26,343 nt of DNA, taken from Thermoguttaceae bacterium. Lineage in GTDB: Bacteria > Planctomycetota > Planctomycetia > Pirellulales > Thermoguttaceae. The position numbers and the translations under genes are program-made. The DNA lies in contig JAQVID010000001.1 of assembly GCA_028695865.1 (NCBI GenBank), positions 1-26,343 of the forward strand. Direction: 5' to 3'. Positions 16,850 to 25,051 of the stretch are shown piece by piece (the stretch's first letter is position 1; each line of letters begins with the position of its first letter). The notes under the pieces are model-generated. The model was not told the DNA's origin. It searched no databases and saw only the letters and a list, made by a program, of their open reading frames with translations.

Positions 16850-17353
16850 ATGAGATATTGTACATATATTGTTTTTTGCTGCTTCATTGCCTTTTCAATG
16901 GGCTGTTCTGGTGAAAAGCGACCGGCGGGCATGCCCGAGCTGTTTCCTTGCGTCATTACGCTGACCCAAGAGGGACAACCGGCGAAGAATGTCGGCATAA
17001 CTTTGCGAGGCGGTGTCGATTCCACCTGGACTGCCGCCGGAAGTACAGGCGAAGCCGGAAAGGCTGAAATTTTCACTCGTGGAAAATACAAAGGGGCTCC
17101 GGCAGGAACGTATAAAGTTGTTTTGCTCAAACGGGAACAGGAACCAAGCAAGCTTGGCCCCGCCCCGCCCGACACGTCGCCGGAATACGAAGCCTATCAG
17201 GCAAAGGCGGAAGCGGAAGTACGTCCCACCTTTACGCTGGTCGATCCGAAATATACCAGGCAGAATACAACCGACTTGTCCGTGACGGTCGGACCCGAAC
17301 AATCGACGTTCACATTCGAAATTGGCAAAACAGTCCGGATTAAAACCCAATAA
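16850..17353 (+). CDS. Planctomycete-type lipoprotein with a carboxypeptidase-regulatory-like beta-sandwich (DUF1559 partner)
   Basis: Signal peptide ending in lipobox SMG-C, then RPAGMPELFPCVITLTQEGQP, GKYKGAPAGTYKVVLLK and VDPKY...TTDLSVTV. GAGGA RBS upstream. Confidence 0.75.
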   Translation: MRYCTYIVFCCFIAFSMGCSGEKRPAGMPELFPCVITLTQEGQPAKNVGITLRGGVDSTWTAAGSTGEAGKAEIFTRGKYKGAPAGTYKVVLLKREQEPSKLGPAPPDTSPEYEAYQAKAEAEVRPTFTLVDPKYTRQNTTDLSVTVGPEQSTFTFEIGKTVRIKTQ

Positions 17354-17395
17354 AAGTTACATACTATACAAAGAAACAAAACAAGGAGTCTGACG

Positions 17396-18538
17396 ATGAA
17401 AAAATATTGTGTTAATTTTGAGGAGCGTAATAATCGTGCTTTGGGGTGTTCTCTCAAGGCCCGTGCTTTTACTCTTGTGGAACTTTTGGTTGTGATCGCC
17501 ATCATCGGTATCTTGATTGCGCTTCTTCTGCCGGCGGTTCAGGCTGCCCGGGAAGCGGCCCGACGCATGGAATGTACGAACAAACTCAAGCAGTTGGGGC
17601 TGGCTCTCCAGAACTATCACGATACCAATAATGCGTTTCCGGCCAAAGCCAGTCAGGTCGCTTTCACGAATGGAAGGGTGGGTGATTTCTATTCCGGTCT
17701 TATAAAACTTTGGCCGTTTATGGAGCTTCAATCCCGTTGGGAAACTCTTCTTGCCCTCCAGCCAGACAGTAATGTCAATGCGTCCCCTTGGAAGATTAAG
17801 GCGTTCGCGAACGCGAGTACAGTGCTTGATGGGACAATCAACGCGTTCGCCTGTCCCTCGGACTCGACCGCTTATGTCGGCGACACGTCGGTACGCGACA
17901 CTCCGACCTGTTATGTCATGAATCGCGGCGATAGCGTAACGGGAACCCGCAACAACACAAACACTCCTTCTCCTGATTTTATCGGGCGAGCTCTTTTTGT
18001 TCATTATTACTGGAACTCCATCGCGACGGTTACGGACGGGACCAGTAATACAGTCGCGTTCGGCGAACAGGTGGTTGGTGTTCGTTTCGAAAAGAAAATC
18101 AAAGGAAATCTTGCCTATCAGGCGGTGGACGCGCTTGATCCAGTCAGTTCCTGCGGGCTGAATTCTGGTGTCGTTTCCACAACGGAACCTGGCTTTTACG
18201 CTGTTCAGGTCAACAGTCTCAGTCGGGGCTTTCGCATCGCTGACGGACGGGGGTTTTATATCAGTTATAATGCGGTTCTACCGCCCAACAGTCCTTCGTG
18301 TGTCAACTCGGCGGACGATATTTCCGACAACGGGGCTTTTTCCTTGTCGAGTTTTCATTCGGGTGGTGTGAATGTTGCACTGGTTGACGGATCGGTCCGA
18401 TTTATTTCCGATTCGATCAGTGCCGTAACGCCTGGTGTCACGTTTCCTTTGGCCGAAGAACGAAAACTCGGTCCGAGCGATTACGGCCCTTCGGGCTCAC
18501 TTGCCACGCCACAGGGTGGTGAAACCATTACGCTGTAA
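17396..18538 (+). CDS. DUF1559 (SBP_bac_10) protein with prepilin-type N-terminal cleavage/methylation motif and H-X9-DG C-terminus
   Basis: RAFTLVELLVVIAIIGILIALLLPAVQAAREAARRMECTNKLKQLGLALQNYHD, FACPSD, VTDGTSNTVAFGE and SFHSGGVNVALVDGSVRFISDSI. AAGGAG RBS upstream. Confidence 0.93.
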   Translation: MKKYCVNFEERNNRALGCSLKARAFTLVELLVVIAIIGILIALLLPAVQAAREAARRMECTNKLKQLGLALQNYHDTNNAFPAKASQVAFTNGRVGDFYSGLIKLWPFMELQSRWETLLALQPDSNVNASPWKIKAFANASTVLDGTINAFACPSDSTAYVGDTSVRDTPTCYVMNRGDSVTGTRNNTNTPSPDFIGRALFVHYYWNSIATVTDGTSNTVAFGEQVVGVRFEKKIKGNLAYQAVDALDPVSSCGLNSGVVSTTEPGFYAVQVNSLSRGFRIADGRGFYISYNAVLPPNSPSCVNSADDISDNGAFSLSSFHSGGVNVALVDGSVRFISDSISAVTPGVTFPLAEERKLGPSDYGPSGSLATPQGGETITL

Positions 18539-18550
18539 AAGCTGTGTTTC

Positions 18551-18664
18551 CGCTCTGGAGAGCGAAGACTCACTCTCCGCTTGGATGAGTGTGAACACTC
18601 GAACCGGGGTAAGCACCCCGAGTTATCCTGATTGAAGTATTTAAAAGCGGGAACATTGTTCCCG
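18551..18664. other. Cluster of short hairpins and a perfect palindrome after the DUF1559 stop
   Basis: CGCTC-tgga-GAGCG (18551-18564); CACTC...GAGTG (18571-18591) or GAGTG-tgaa-CACTC (18587-18600); CGGGGT-aagc-ACCCCG (18605-18620); CGGGAACA-t-TGTTCCCG (18648-18664). Confidence 0.5.
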
Positions 18665-18693
18665 TCCTTCGAAAATGTGTGAGCAATATCAAG

Positions 18694-19103
18694 TGTGGGG
18701 CAATATCCGATCCGATGCTTTGGCTTCAACATTGCTTCATGCGGAACGTAAAAAGGTATGCTCCAAATCAAACTTGCGCAAGTATGTAATGGCAAGTTTC
18801 CCATACTTTCTAATTGATATAAACGTGCTTTTCAGGGATGAAAAGTAATAAATCCGGCTGCGAGTATCGATCTTCATATATTCTTTTCAGTTTTGACATT
18901 TTCATTTTCGACAAGTAAATTAGAATCCCGATTTTGGTTTTTCCAAGTCGGAAGGTGCCAATCAGCTTCATCGGGCGAAACGAACAATTCAGCAGGCACT
19001 CATTCGTATTCAAGGAAGCCTAACCATGCCGCGTGACCGCGCCAAATCGGTAAGCGAAATATCTGTAATGGAATCAAAAAATACAAACGATGGGAATCAT
19101 TAA
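18694..19103 (+). pseudogene. Heavily eroded coding remnant, most likely an IS66 transposase C-terminal half
   Basis: Frame 3 reads EGANQLHRAKRTIQQALIR...EISVMES. HRAKRTIQQALI (18969-19004) is four single-base changes from the IS66-type NRAERTIRQAVI. Frame 2 has FWFFQV just before it, and frame 1 has GAISD...QHCFMRNVK further upstream. Multiple stops and frameshifts. Confidence 0.4.
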
Positions 19104-19248
19104 TCGCAGACGCGACAATATATTCTGTATATTCTGTGTAGCAGGATATCCCGTGTAGCATGGCTGTGTATAAACCGAATCGGGAGCAGAGCTGTCGTAC
19201 ACCAAGTTTTTTGGAGTGATTTTATATAATTTGTTTTGTCGAAGGCTA

Positions 19249-19277
19249 TGGACTTGACTCTTTGAACATGATATACT
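19249..19277 (+). promoter_or_regulatory. Sigma70-type promoter inside the right IS end, facing the kinase gene
   Basis: TGGACT (19249-19254), 17-nt spacer ending in TGa, then TATACT (19272-19277). A TTGACT at 19254-19259 is only 12 nt from the -10. Confidence 0.6.
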
Positions 19278-19297
19278 GCAAGCAGAAAGAAAAAGCT

Positions 19298-19323
19298 TTC
19301 AAGCGTGCTTTATAAACAGTTAC
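19298..19323 (-). mobile_element. Right end of an IS66-family-like element (relic), inverted relative to 11931
   Basis: The reverse complement reads GTAACTGTTTAT-AAAGCACGCTTGAA. This is 9/12 identical to the left terminus GTAACCGTTCAC and is followed directly by the left sub-terminal motif lacking one C. Confidence 0.6.
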
Positions 19324-19358
19324 ATAAGTCTGATATTGTACAGAAATAAAGGTGTTGC

Positions 19359-22300
19359 ATGAGTAATGAATTAACGAGTTTTGCGGAATACGTTCACCGG
19401 TGGCGAAAAGAGAATTCCGTTCGTGATCCTGAATCTTTGTTTGAATTCGTTCAGGCACAAGCTGATTTGTCCGAAGATCATCGGAAGGCGTTGGCGATTA
19501 TTCTTATTACGGAAGACTATCGAATTCAGCGTCAAGCCGGATATCCGGTCTATATTGAGATACAGATAGAAGCGTTCATGACGCTTTTTCGGGAAAAAGG
19601 TTACTCGCTGTCTGAACAGGAACTAACCTGGAATTTAATCCAGGTTGATATTGAAGTAACGCCGTTCCGACTCTATCAGGAGGACTTTATTGCCCGATTT
19701 CCCCTCTGCGTCGATTTGATTGAGGAATACTTTAAGGAGAACGCAAATTTTTTGGCGTCGCGTTTCGGGCATTTATCAGAGGCGGTCAAGGGAACCTCTT
19801 CAGCATACGCGCACAAAAACGGCGAGACGCTCTCGCTTTCGGAAGAGTATCGCATATTGGGTCATCTCGGTTCCGGCGGTCAGAAGGATGTCTACGAAGT
19901 ACGACAGGAAAGTACATCGCAGACACTGGCAATGAAAGAGTTGCGAGACAGTAATCTTTCGGACGAGAGTCAGAAAAAGGCAATGACCTCCGAAGCGCTT
20001 CTGCAAGCAAGACTTTCTCATCCGAATATTCCCATTGTGCTTTCGCTGTCGAATGGAGGCGATAAACCGCCGGTTTTTGTCGAACGACTGATTAAAGGCC
20101 GGAATTGGCTCAACGTGATGTGGCCGACGAAGTTCGACAATGACCCTGGTCCGCGGCAGGCTCTTTCGCTTGACGAAAACCTTGATATTCTGCTGTCGAT
20201 TTCGCGTACGCTGGCTTATGTTCATGAAACGCACCGGATTATTCACGGCGATTTGAAACCGGAAAACGTCATGCTCGGTGAGCGTGGAGGACGATTCAAC
20301 GAGATATATCTTGTCGATTGGGGGTTGGCCGTCTCTTTCGAATCGGAGGAACCGGTTGTTGTGGGCGGCACGATGGATTATATGCCGCCGGAGATATACA
20401 GCGCCATGCTCAACCCGGGGATTCCGGCTTCAAGATTTTTGTCGCCGGCAACCGATGTTTTTATGCTCGGCGGGATTTTATATATGATTCTGACCGGAAA
20501 GACGCCATACGAAGATACACGATATGAAACAGGAATGAGTATTCGCCAATGCGTCGAAGCAGGAAGGTATACGCCCCTTTTGCCGTCGATGGCCCTTGAT
20601 CCGCGAACAGGTAAAAAGATTCCTGAAGAACTCATTGATATCGCCAACAAGGCGTTATCCAAAGAGCCAAAAGATCGATACGCCAATGCCGAAGAATTTG
20701 CCGAATCGCTTATGCTCTATCGAAAGCGTGCCGGTCTTGCGGAGCGACTTGAAGTTGCGAAGGACACTCTCAAGCAGCTTCAGGAAAACGCGAAGCCGTC
20801 CGTAATGGCGCTCATTGAAAGTACAAATGAACTGCGTCTCATTAGGGAAGCGGCGACGGATTCGGACGCAAAAACTCTCTCTTCATTGAGTCGCCATGCC
20901 TTACAAACGGAAGAGACTGCCAGGAATCTGCTGCTGGAAATGTCGTTAACCTCAAAAGACTTTGGGCTGACCGAAGCGCAACTTCCTGTCGCGCGTCAGC
21001 AGATTGCCTTTCTCGAACAATTTGAAAATCATGAGCCTTTCATTGACCAGAAAACAAAACTTGACAACTTCGAAAAAAGACTGCACTCCGGTCTGGCGGC
21101 AAGGCGGCGTGAACGTTTGTTGAAATGGGGGCTGGGGGCCGCGGCCTGTGTGATCGTGTTACTTTCTGTTTTTGTCACGTGGTATGCCCAAAGAAACGCG
21201 CAAATCGCCAGAGAGAATGCAAACTACGCGCTAAAAAACGAAGCACAACAGAAAAAAATTAATCAACAACTTGAACACAGTATAGAGTTAAATAAAAAGA
21301 TTCAAAAACAACAATCGCAAATTATCGAGGAAAAGTCAAATACCCAGGCAAAGGATATAGAGGGGCGCATTGTCGTTTCGAATCGTCATGGTCAGGGAGA
21401 TTTAGTACTGCTTAATCAGATATCCCAATTACAGCCGGGGAAACAAGAAATATTTTCGCGAGTGCAAGATGCCGCTGTTACATCTCTTTTGCCGGAACAG
21501 CATTCTTCTTTTCGCGAAATTATTGACGCGATAACGTTTTCGTCCGATGGGAAAGATTTTGTTGCTCTTTCGCCGGGAGGAATTCTCACATGCTGGGATA
21601 CCAAATCGCAAGTTTCAAGGGCACGAATTATTTTGAATATACCTGACAATTATTCTCTTTACACAGAAGCAAACCCGCTGTTTGGCAAGGAGGGGATCGC
21701 AAAACATATCGCCGCGTCTCCTTTTATCCTGCACTCAACTTACGGGACGGTGAAATTTCTTTCTGACGAATTATCCGTTCAAAAGGAATTTAATGTTCTC
21801 GATGTGAATGACTTGTCCCGTGATACCATAGACCAGACAACGCGGTCGGTAATCACCCAAACAGGAATTGGGAATTCATTGACGCTGGCGACGATTGGGA
21901 ATAAGGGAGATGTCTGTTACTTCGCGCTCGACGACGGCAAGTTACTTGGTTCGTTTCAAGCACAAAAAACGGGCCTGATGTCGCTTGCGTTTTCAGATAA
22001 CGGGCAGAATGTCGTTACGATTGGAAAGAATGGTTCGCTAGACTATCGCACAGTGGACGGCACACTTCTTCAAACACTCGATATTGGTTTTTCGAACAAA
22101 CATGATTCGAATTCTCATTTAGTCCGATGTTGCGCTTTGAGCCCGTCGGGGAAGCGTATCGCGGCAGGAAACAAAAACGGAGAAATCATTGTTTGGAATA
22201 TTCAGGAGAAAAAGCCGATCGCGAAAATGAACGAACCCGATATTCCCGGTACCCTCGAAAACTTTATGAATCGATTTTACTGGCTCGACGAAGAGCGGGT

Positions 22301-25010
22301 TCTCAGTCTTTGTTTGAATAACCATTATTGCCTTTGGAACCTGTCGCAAATTGACAAGAATCTTGTTCCTGCCTCTCTGCTCATGAAATCGGATCAACCC
22401 AATAGTCTTTCCGGCGCGAGCGCCGCGACTTTTTCCAGAGTTAATAAACAACTCCTTGTTGCGGGAAACGATCACTCACTGCGTCTGTTTGATGTGGAAA
22501 CAGGAAAACAACTCGCCAAAACCGTTGGACTGATCAGGTCACGCGCGTCTATGCTTACCGTTACGGACGCGAAATACTTTCAAACCGCCGATCGGATTTT
22601 GGTTGGCAATTTCGGACTTCAGTCTCTGTATTCGATCGATCCGAAGACCTTGCAACCCGATAAAATATTTGAGCCCTATCCCAATACGACGTGGGAGGAA
22701 GTTCAGGCAAAAAAGAATTTGCCGTGCTCTATTGCCTGTCCGCAACATGGAACGGAATTTGCGACCGCCTTTTGTTCAGGCGATATCATGATGTTCGATT
22801 CGACTCATTCCAAACCAACCCATTGTTTTAAATCGGTCTTCCAACAAGTTGATCCGCGGTCTGGTGATTGCTCCCTGGTGGCCGTTTCTCCGTCCGGAAA
22901 ATATCTTGCCGCGACATGTATTCAATCGAATGAGATCATTCTGTTCGACCTGAAATTGCGGAAAGAGCTTCGCCGTTTCAGCAAAACGCCAAAGAATGCC
23001 AACGTCAAAAATTCCAGTGAAGACAAGGCGTCTGCGTACGTGAGTGCCGTTAGGAAAATGACGGCTGGTTTGATATTCATGAATGATGAGACACTGTTCG
23101 AATTGACTACTGACGGTACGTTTAAACAGTGGAATATGACGGAAGACAAACTTGTCAAATCGGTGGAAGTCGGCGAAGCCAATTACGATGTGATGAAATC
23201 GCCCGTACTTTTGACAAGTTACGAGCTTTCGCACGATAAAAAGCATATCGCGTTGGGATTTAACGACGGTTATATCAAACTGATCGAATTGAAAAATCTG
23301 ACAACCGTTTATTCGTCGCTGATTTTGTCTTTACCCATTTCGAATTATAACGGAATCGCTCGCAGTAAAATTGACTCGCTGAATACGGCAAACGCGGCAA
23401 CCGGACTTGCCTGGTCGAAGGACGACTCCATTCTCGTGGCTTCCTTTGCCAATGGGAAAACAGCACTTATGGAGATGCGTTACAATACGCTCTTTGCCGC
23501 GACGACCTCGAACGACAGTGCGGCCATACCCGGGAACTTTCCGGCTCTGTACCCATTCTTTACCCTAAATGACAAAATCATTACGCTTAGTTCAAATGGT
23601 GTTTTTTCCCGATGGGACTATCAGCCATCGAAAGAAAAAGCGACCATACTGAAAACCGTTTATGGGGCCGATACACTTTGTCCGCTTGAAACGTCAGGTC
23701 AATGGGCAGGCGTTCGTGATACCGGACTGCGACAGTTCGCCTTCTTTGTGTACGAAAACGACAAGGAAAAATACAAAGTGGAGCAGGTCGAAGATTTTCG
23801 CCGGTTCGAACCGTCCGCGGACTTGCGATATTTCATTCTCCTTGGCAAGGACGGCAAACTGTCCGTTGTCAGTCAAAAGGATGGAAAACCGGTTGATTAT
23901 CCCATTATCACAAGCGCGAAGAATACGCCCCAAAACGGCTTTTTGAGAATTGAAATCTCGCACGATTGGCGTTATCTTGCGGCAATTCCCAATGATGAAA
24001 CAGGTCAAAAAAAATGGTACGGCTCAAAGTATCCCGGAAAGACCTTTTACTTGCTCGATTTAAAAGAATCGGCTCCTGTCTGGAAACTCATTCAACTCGA
24101 TAATAAGAATCCCATTGTCCAGCTAGCCATATCGCCCGATTCAAAAACAATCGCCGCTGTTGACAGTACGGGAATACTCCGCGTCTTGTCTTTGGACACA
24201 CGCACTGAACGTCAGCACGTTGATAGTCTGCCGCTTCAGGGTCCGATGGTTGCATGTAATCAAGGCCGTATTCGTTTCGTATCAGATCGGTTTCTCGCTC
24301 AATGCGGGGCATCGAAGAGCATTGTGATTTGGGACATAAATAAAATGCGAGCCTTCCAGACCATTGAACTGAATCTGTTCGACCGTCTTGTCAAAGAAAT
24401 GAACAGTGTCAACGGAATCGCGTCTGTCCCCAATCTGACCGGAAAGCAAAAAGCCCCGGCCTTCGTCGCGGCCGGCATGGACGGTGTTTTACGGTTCTAT
24501 CAGTACAAGAACGAAGAGGAAAAGTTTGTTTCTGTTTATACCCATTCTTCGTTAAAACTGACAAACCTTGTGAGGATGCCTTTGCTTGATAAAGAACCAT
24601 ATCTAGGATATAACAAATGGCGAAATATTATTGCCTCCGATGTTTCAAATGAAAAAATGAAACAGGATGTTGCCGAACTGAAAAAACTTCTTGGAGAAAA
24701 GGAATTCAATGAGATGGAGAGCGAAATTGGAAACAGTGCCGATTCAGAGGGAAATACCGATGCCGGCTTTTTCGTTCGCTCTCCCAAGAATTGGGTTTTC
24801 GATCTTGCGTTAAGCGGCGATGGACAAACGCTCTACGTTGGCACATCCGAGGAAGTTCGCTCTTATCGTATGGATGAAATCAATCGTCATATCGAAACAC
24901 TGCCGCAGAAATGGCAAAACATTGATATTTCCGCCTTGACCGGTCTCATCTATCGACCAGGAAAAGGACTCTATCCACAAGTTGAGAATTACATGCGTAA
25001 AGAGCAGTAA
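19359..25010 (+). CDS. Hanks-type Ser/Thr protein kinase with one TM helix and a large WD40/beta-propeller C-terminal region
   Basis: Kinase at about aa 164-450 (LGSGGQKDVY, AMKEL, HPNI, IIHGDLKPENVML, LVDWGLA, GGTMDYMPPE, DVFMLGGILY). TM WGLGAAACVIVLLSVFVTWYA at about aa 590-610, then a Q/N/K-rich coiled coil. Many WD-like blades follow (AITFSSDGK...LTCWD, ALSPSGKRIAAG...IIVWN, LLVAGNDHSLRLFD, LAISPDSKTIAAVD, IVIWD). Confidence 0.9.
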   Translation: MSNELTSFAEYVHRWRKENSVRDPESLFEFVQAQADLSEDHRKALAIILITEDYRIQRQAGYPVYIEIQIEAFMTLFREKGYSLSEQELTWNLIQVDIEVTPFRLYQEDFIARFPLCVDLIEEYFKENANFLASRFGHLSEAVKGTSSAYAHKNGETLSLSEEYRILGHLGSGGQKDVYEVRQESTSQTLAMKELRDSNLSDESQKKAMTSEALLQARLSHPNIPIVLSLSNGGDKPPVFVERLIKGRNWLNVMWPTKFDNDPGPRQALSLDENLDILLSISRTLAYVHETHRIIHGDLKPENVMLGERGGRFNEIYLVDWGLAVSFESEEPVVVGGTMDYMPPEIYSAMLNPGIPASRFLSPATDVFMLGGILYMILTGKTPYEDTRYETGMSIRQCVEAGRYTPLLPSMALDPRTGKKIPEELIDIANKALSKEPKDRYANAEEFAESLMLYRKRAGLAERLEVAKDTLKQLQENAKPSVMALIESTNELRLIREAATDSDAKTLSSLSRHALQTEETARNLLLEMSLTSKDFGLTEAQLPVARQQIAFLEQFENHEPFIDQKTKLDNFEKRLHSGLAARRRERLLKWGLGAAACVIVLLSVFVTWYAQRNAQIARENANYALKNEAQQKKINQQLEHSIELNKKIQKQQSQIIEEKSNTQAKDIEGRIVVSNRHGQGDLVLLNQISQLQPGKQEIFSRVQDAAVTSLLPEQHSSFREIIDAITFSSDGKDFVALSPGGILTCWDTKSQVSRARIILNIPDNYSLYTEANPLFGKEGIAKHIAASPFILHSTYGTVKFLSDELSVQKEFNVLDVNDLSRDTIDQTTRSVITQTGIGNSLTLATIGNKGDVCYFALDDGKLLGSFQAQKTGLMSLAFSDNGQNVVTIGKNGSLDYRTVDGTLLQTLDIGFSNKHDSNSHLVRCCALSPSGKRIAAGNKNGEIIVWNIQEKKPIAKMNEPDIPGTLENFMNRFYWLDEERVLSLCLNNHYCLWNLSQIDKNLVPASLLMKSDQPNSLSGASAATFSRVNKQLLVAGNDHSLRLFDVETGKQLAKTVGLIRSRASMLTVTDAKYFQTADRILVGNFGLQSLYSIDPKTLQPDKIFEPYPNTTWEEVQAKKNLPCSIACPQHGTEFATAFCSGDIMMFDSTHSKPTHCFKSVFQQVDPRSGDCSLVAVSPSGKYLAATCIQSNEIILFDLKLRKELRRFSKTPKNANVKNSSEDKASAYVSAVRKMTAGLIFMNDETLFELTTDGTFKQWNMTEDKLVKSVEVGEANYDVMKSPVLLTSYELSHDKKHIALGFNDGYIKLIELKNLTTVYSSLILSLPISNYNGIARSKIDSLNTANAATGLAWSKDDSILVASFANGKTALMEMRYNTLFAATTSNDSAAIPGNFPALYPFFTLNDKIITLSSNGVFSRWDYQPSKEKATILKTVYGADTLCPLETSGQWAGVRDTGLRQFAFFVYENDKEKYKVEQVEDFRRFEPSADLRYFILLGKDGKLSVVSQKDGKPVDYPIITSAKNTPQNGFLRIEISHDWRYLAAIPNDETGQKKWYGSKYPGKTFYLLDLKESAPVWKLIQLDNKNPIVQLAISPDSKTIAAVDSTGILRVLSLDTRTERQHVDSLPLQGPMVACNQGRIRFVSDRFLAQCGASKSIVIWDINKMRAFQTIELNLFDRLVKEMNSVNGIASVPNLTGKQKAPAFVAAGMDGVLRFYQYKNEEEKFVSVYTHSSLKLTNLVRMPLLDKEPYLGYNKWRNIIASDVSNEKMKQDVAELKKLLGEKEFNEMESEIGNSADSEGNTDAGFFVRSPKNWVFDLALSGDGQTLYVGTSEEVRSYRMDEINRHIETLPQKWQNIDISALTGLIYRPGKGLYPQVENYMRKEQ

Positions 25011-25024
25011 AAGACGAAGATGAT

Positions 25025-25051
25025 CCCCTTTTTCTCTTGGAGAAAGAGGGG
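25025..25051. terminator. Hairpin between the convergent kinase and hydrolase genes
   Basis: CCCCTTTTTCTC-ttg-GAGAAAGAGGGG is a 12-bp stem with one G.U pair, 14 nt after the kinase stop. Confidence 0.5.

Noticed and set aside
17357-18004. 215-aa ORF antisense to DUF1559
   Set aside because: It is a shadow of the well-supported DUF1559 gene.
18553-18600. CTCTGGAGAG resembling the start of a glycine riboswitch aptamer
   Set aside because: The downstream CCGAAG and CTCAGG elements are missing, and it lies after a stop codon rather than in a leader.
11923-19331. Target-site duplication around the paired IS ends
   Set aside because: The 8-bp flanks ACGTAATT (11923-11930) and ATAAGTCT (19324-19331) match at only 2 of 8 positions, so a recent single transposition is not supported.
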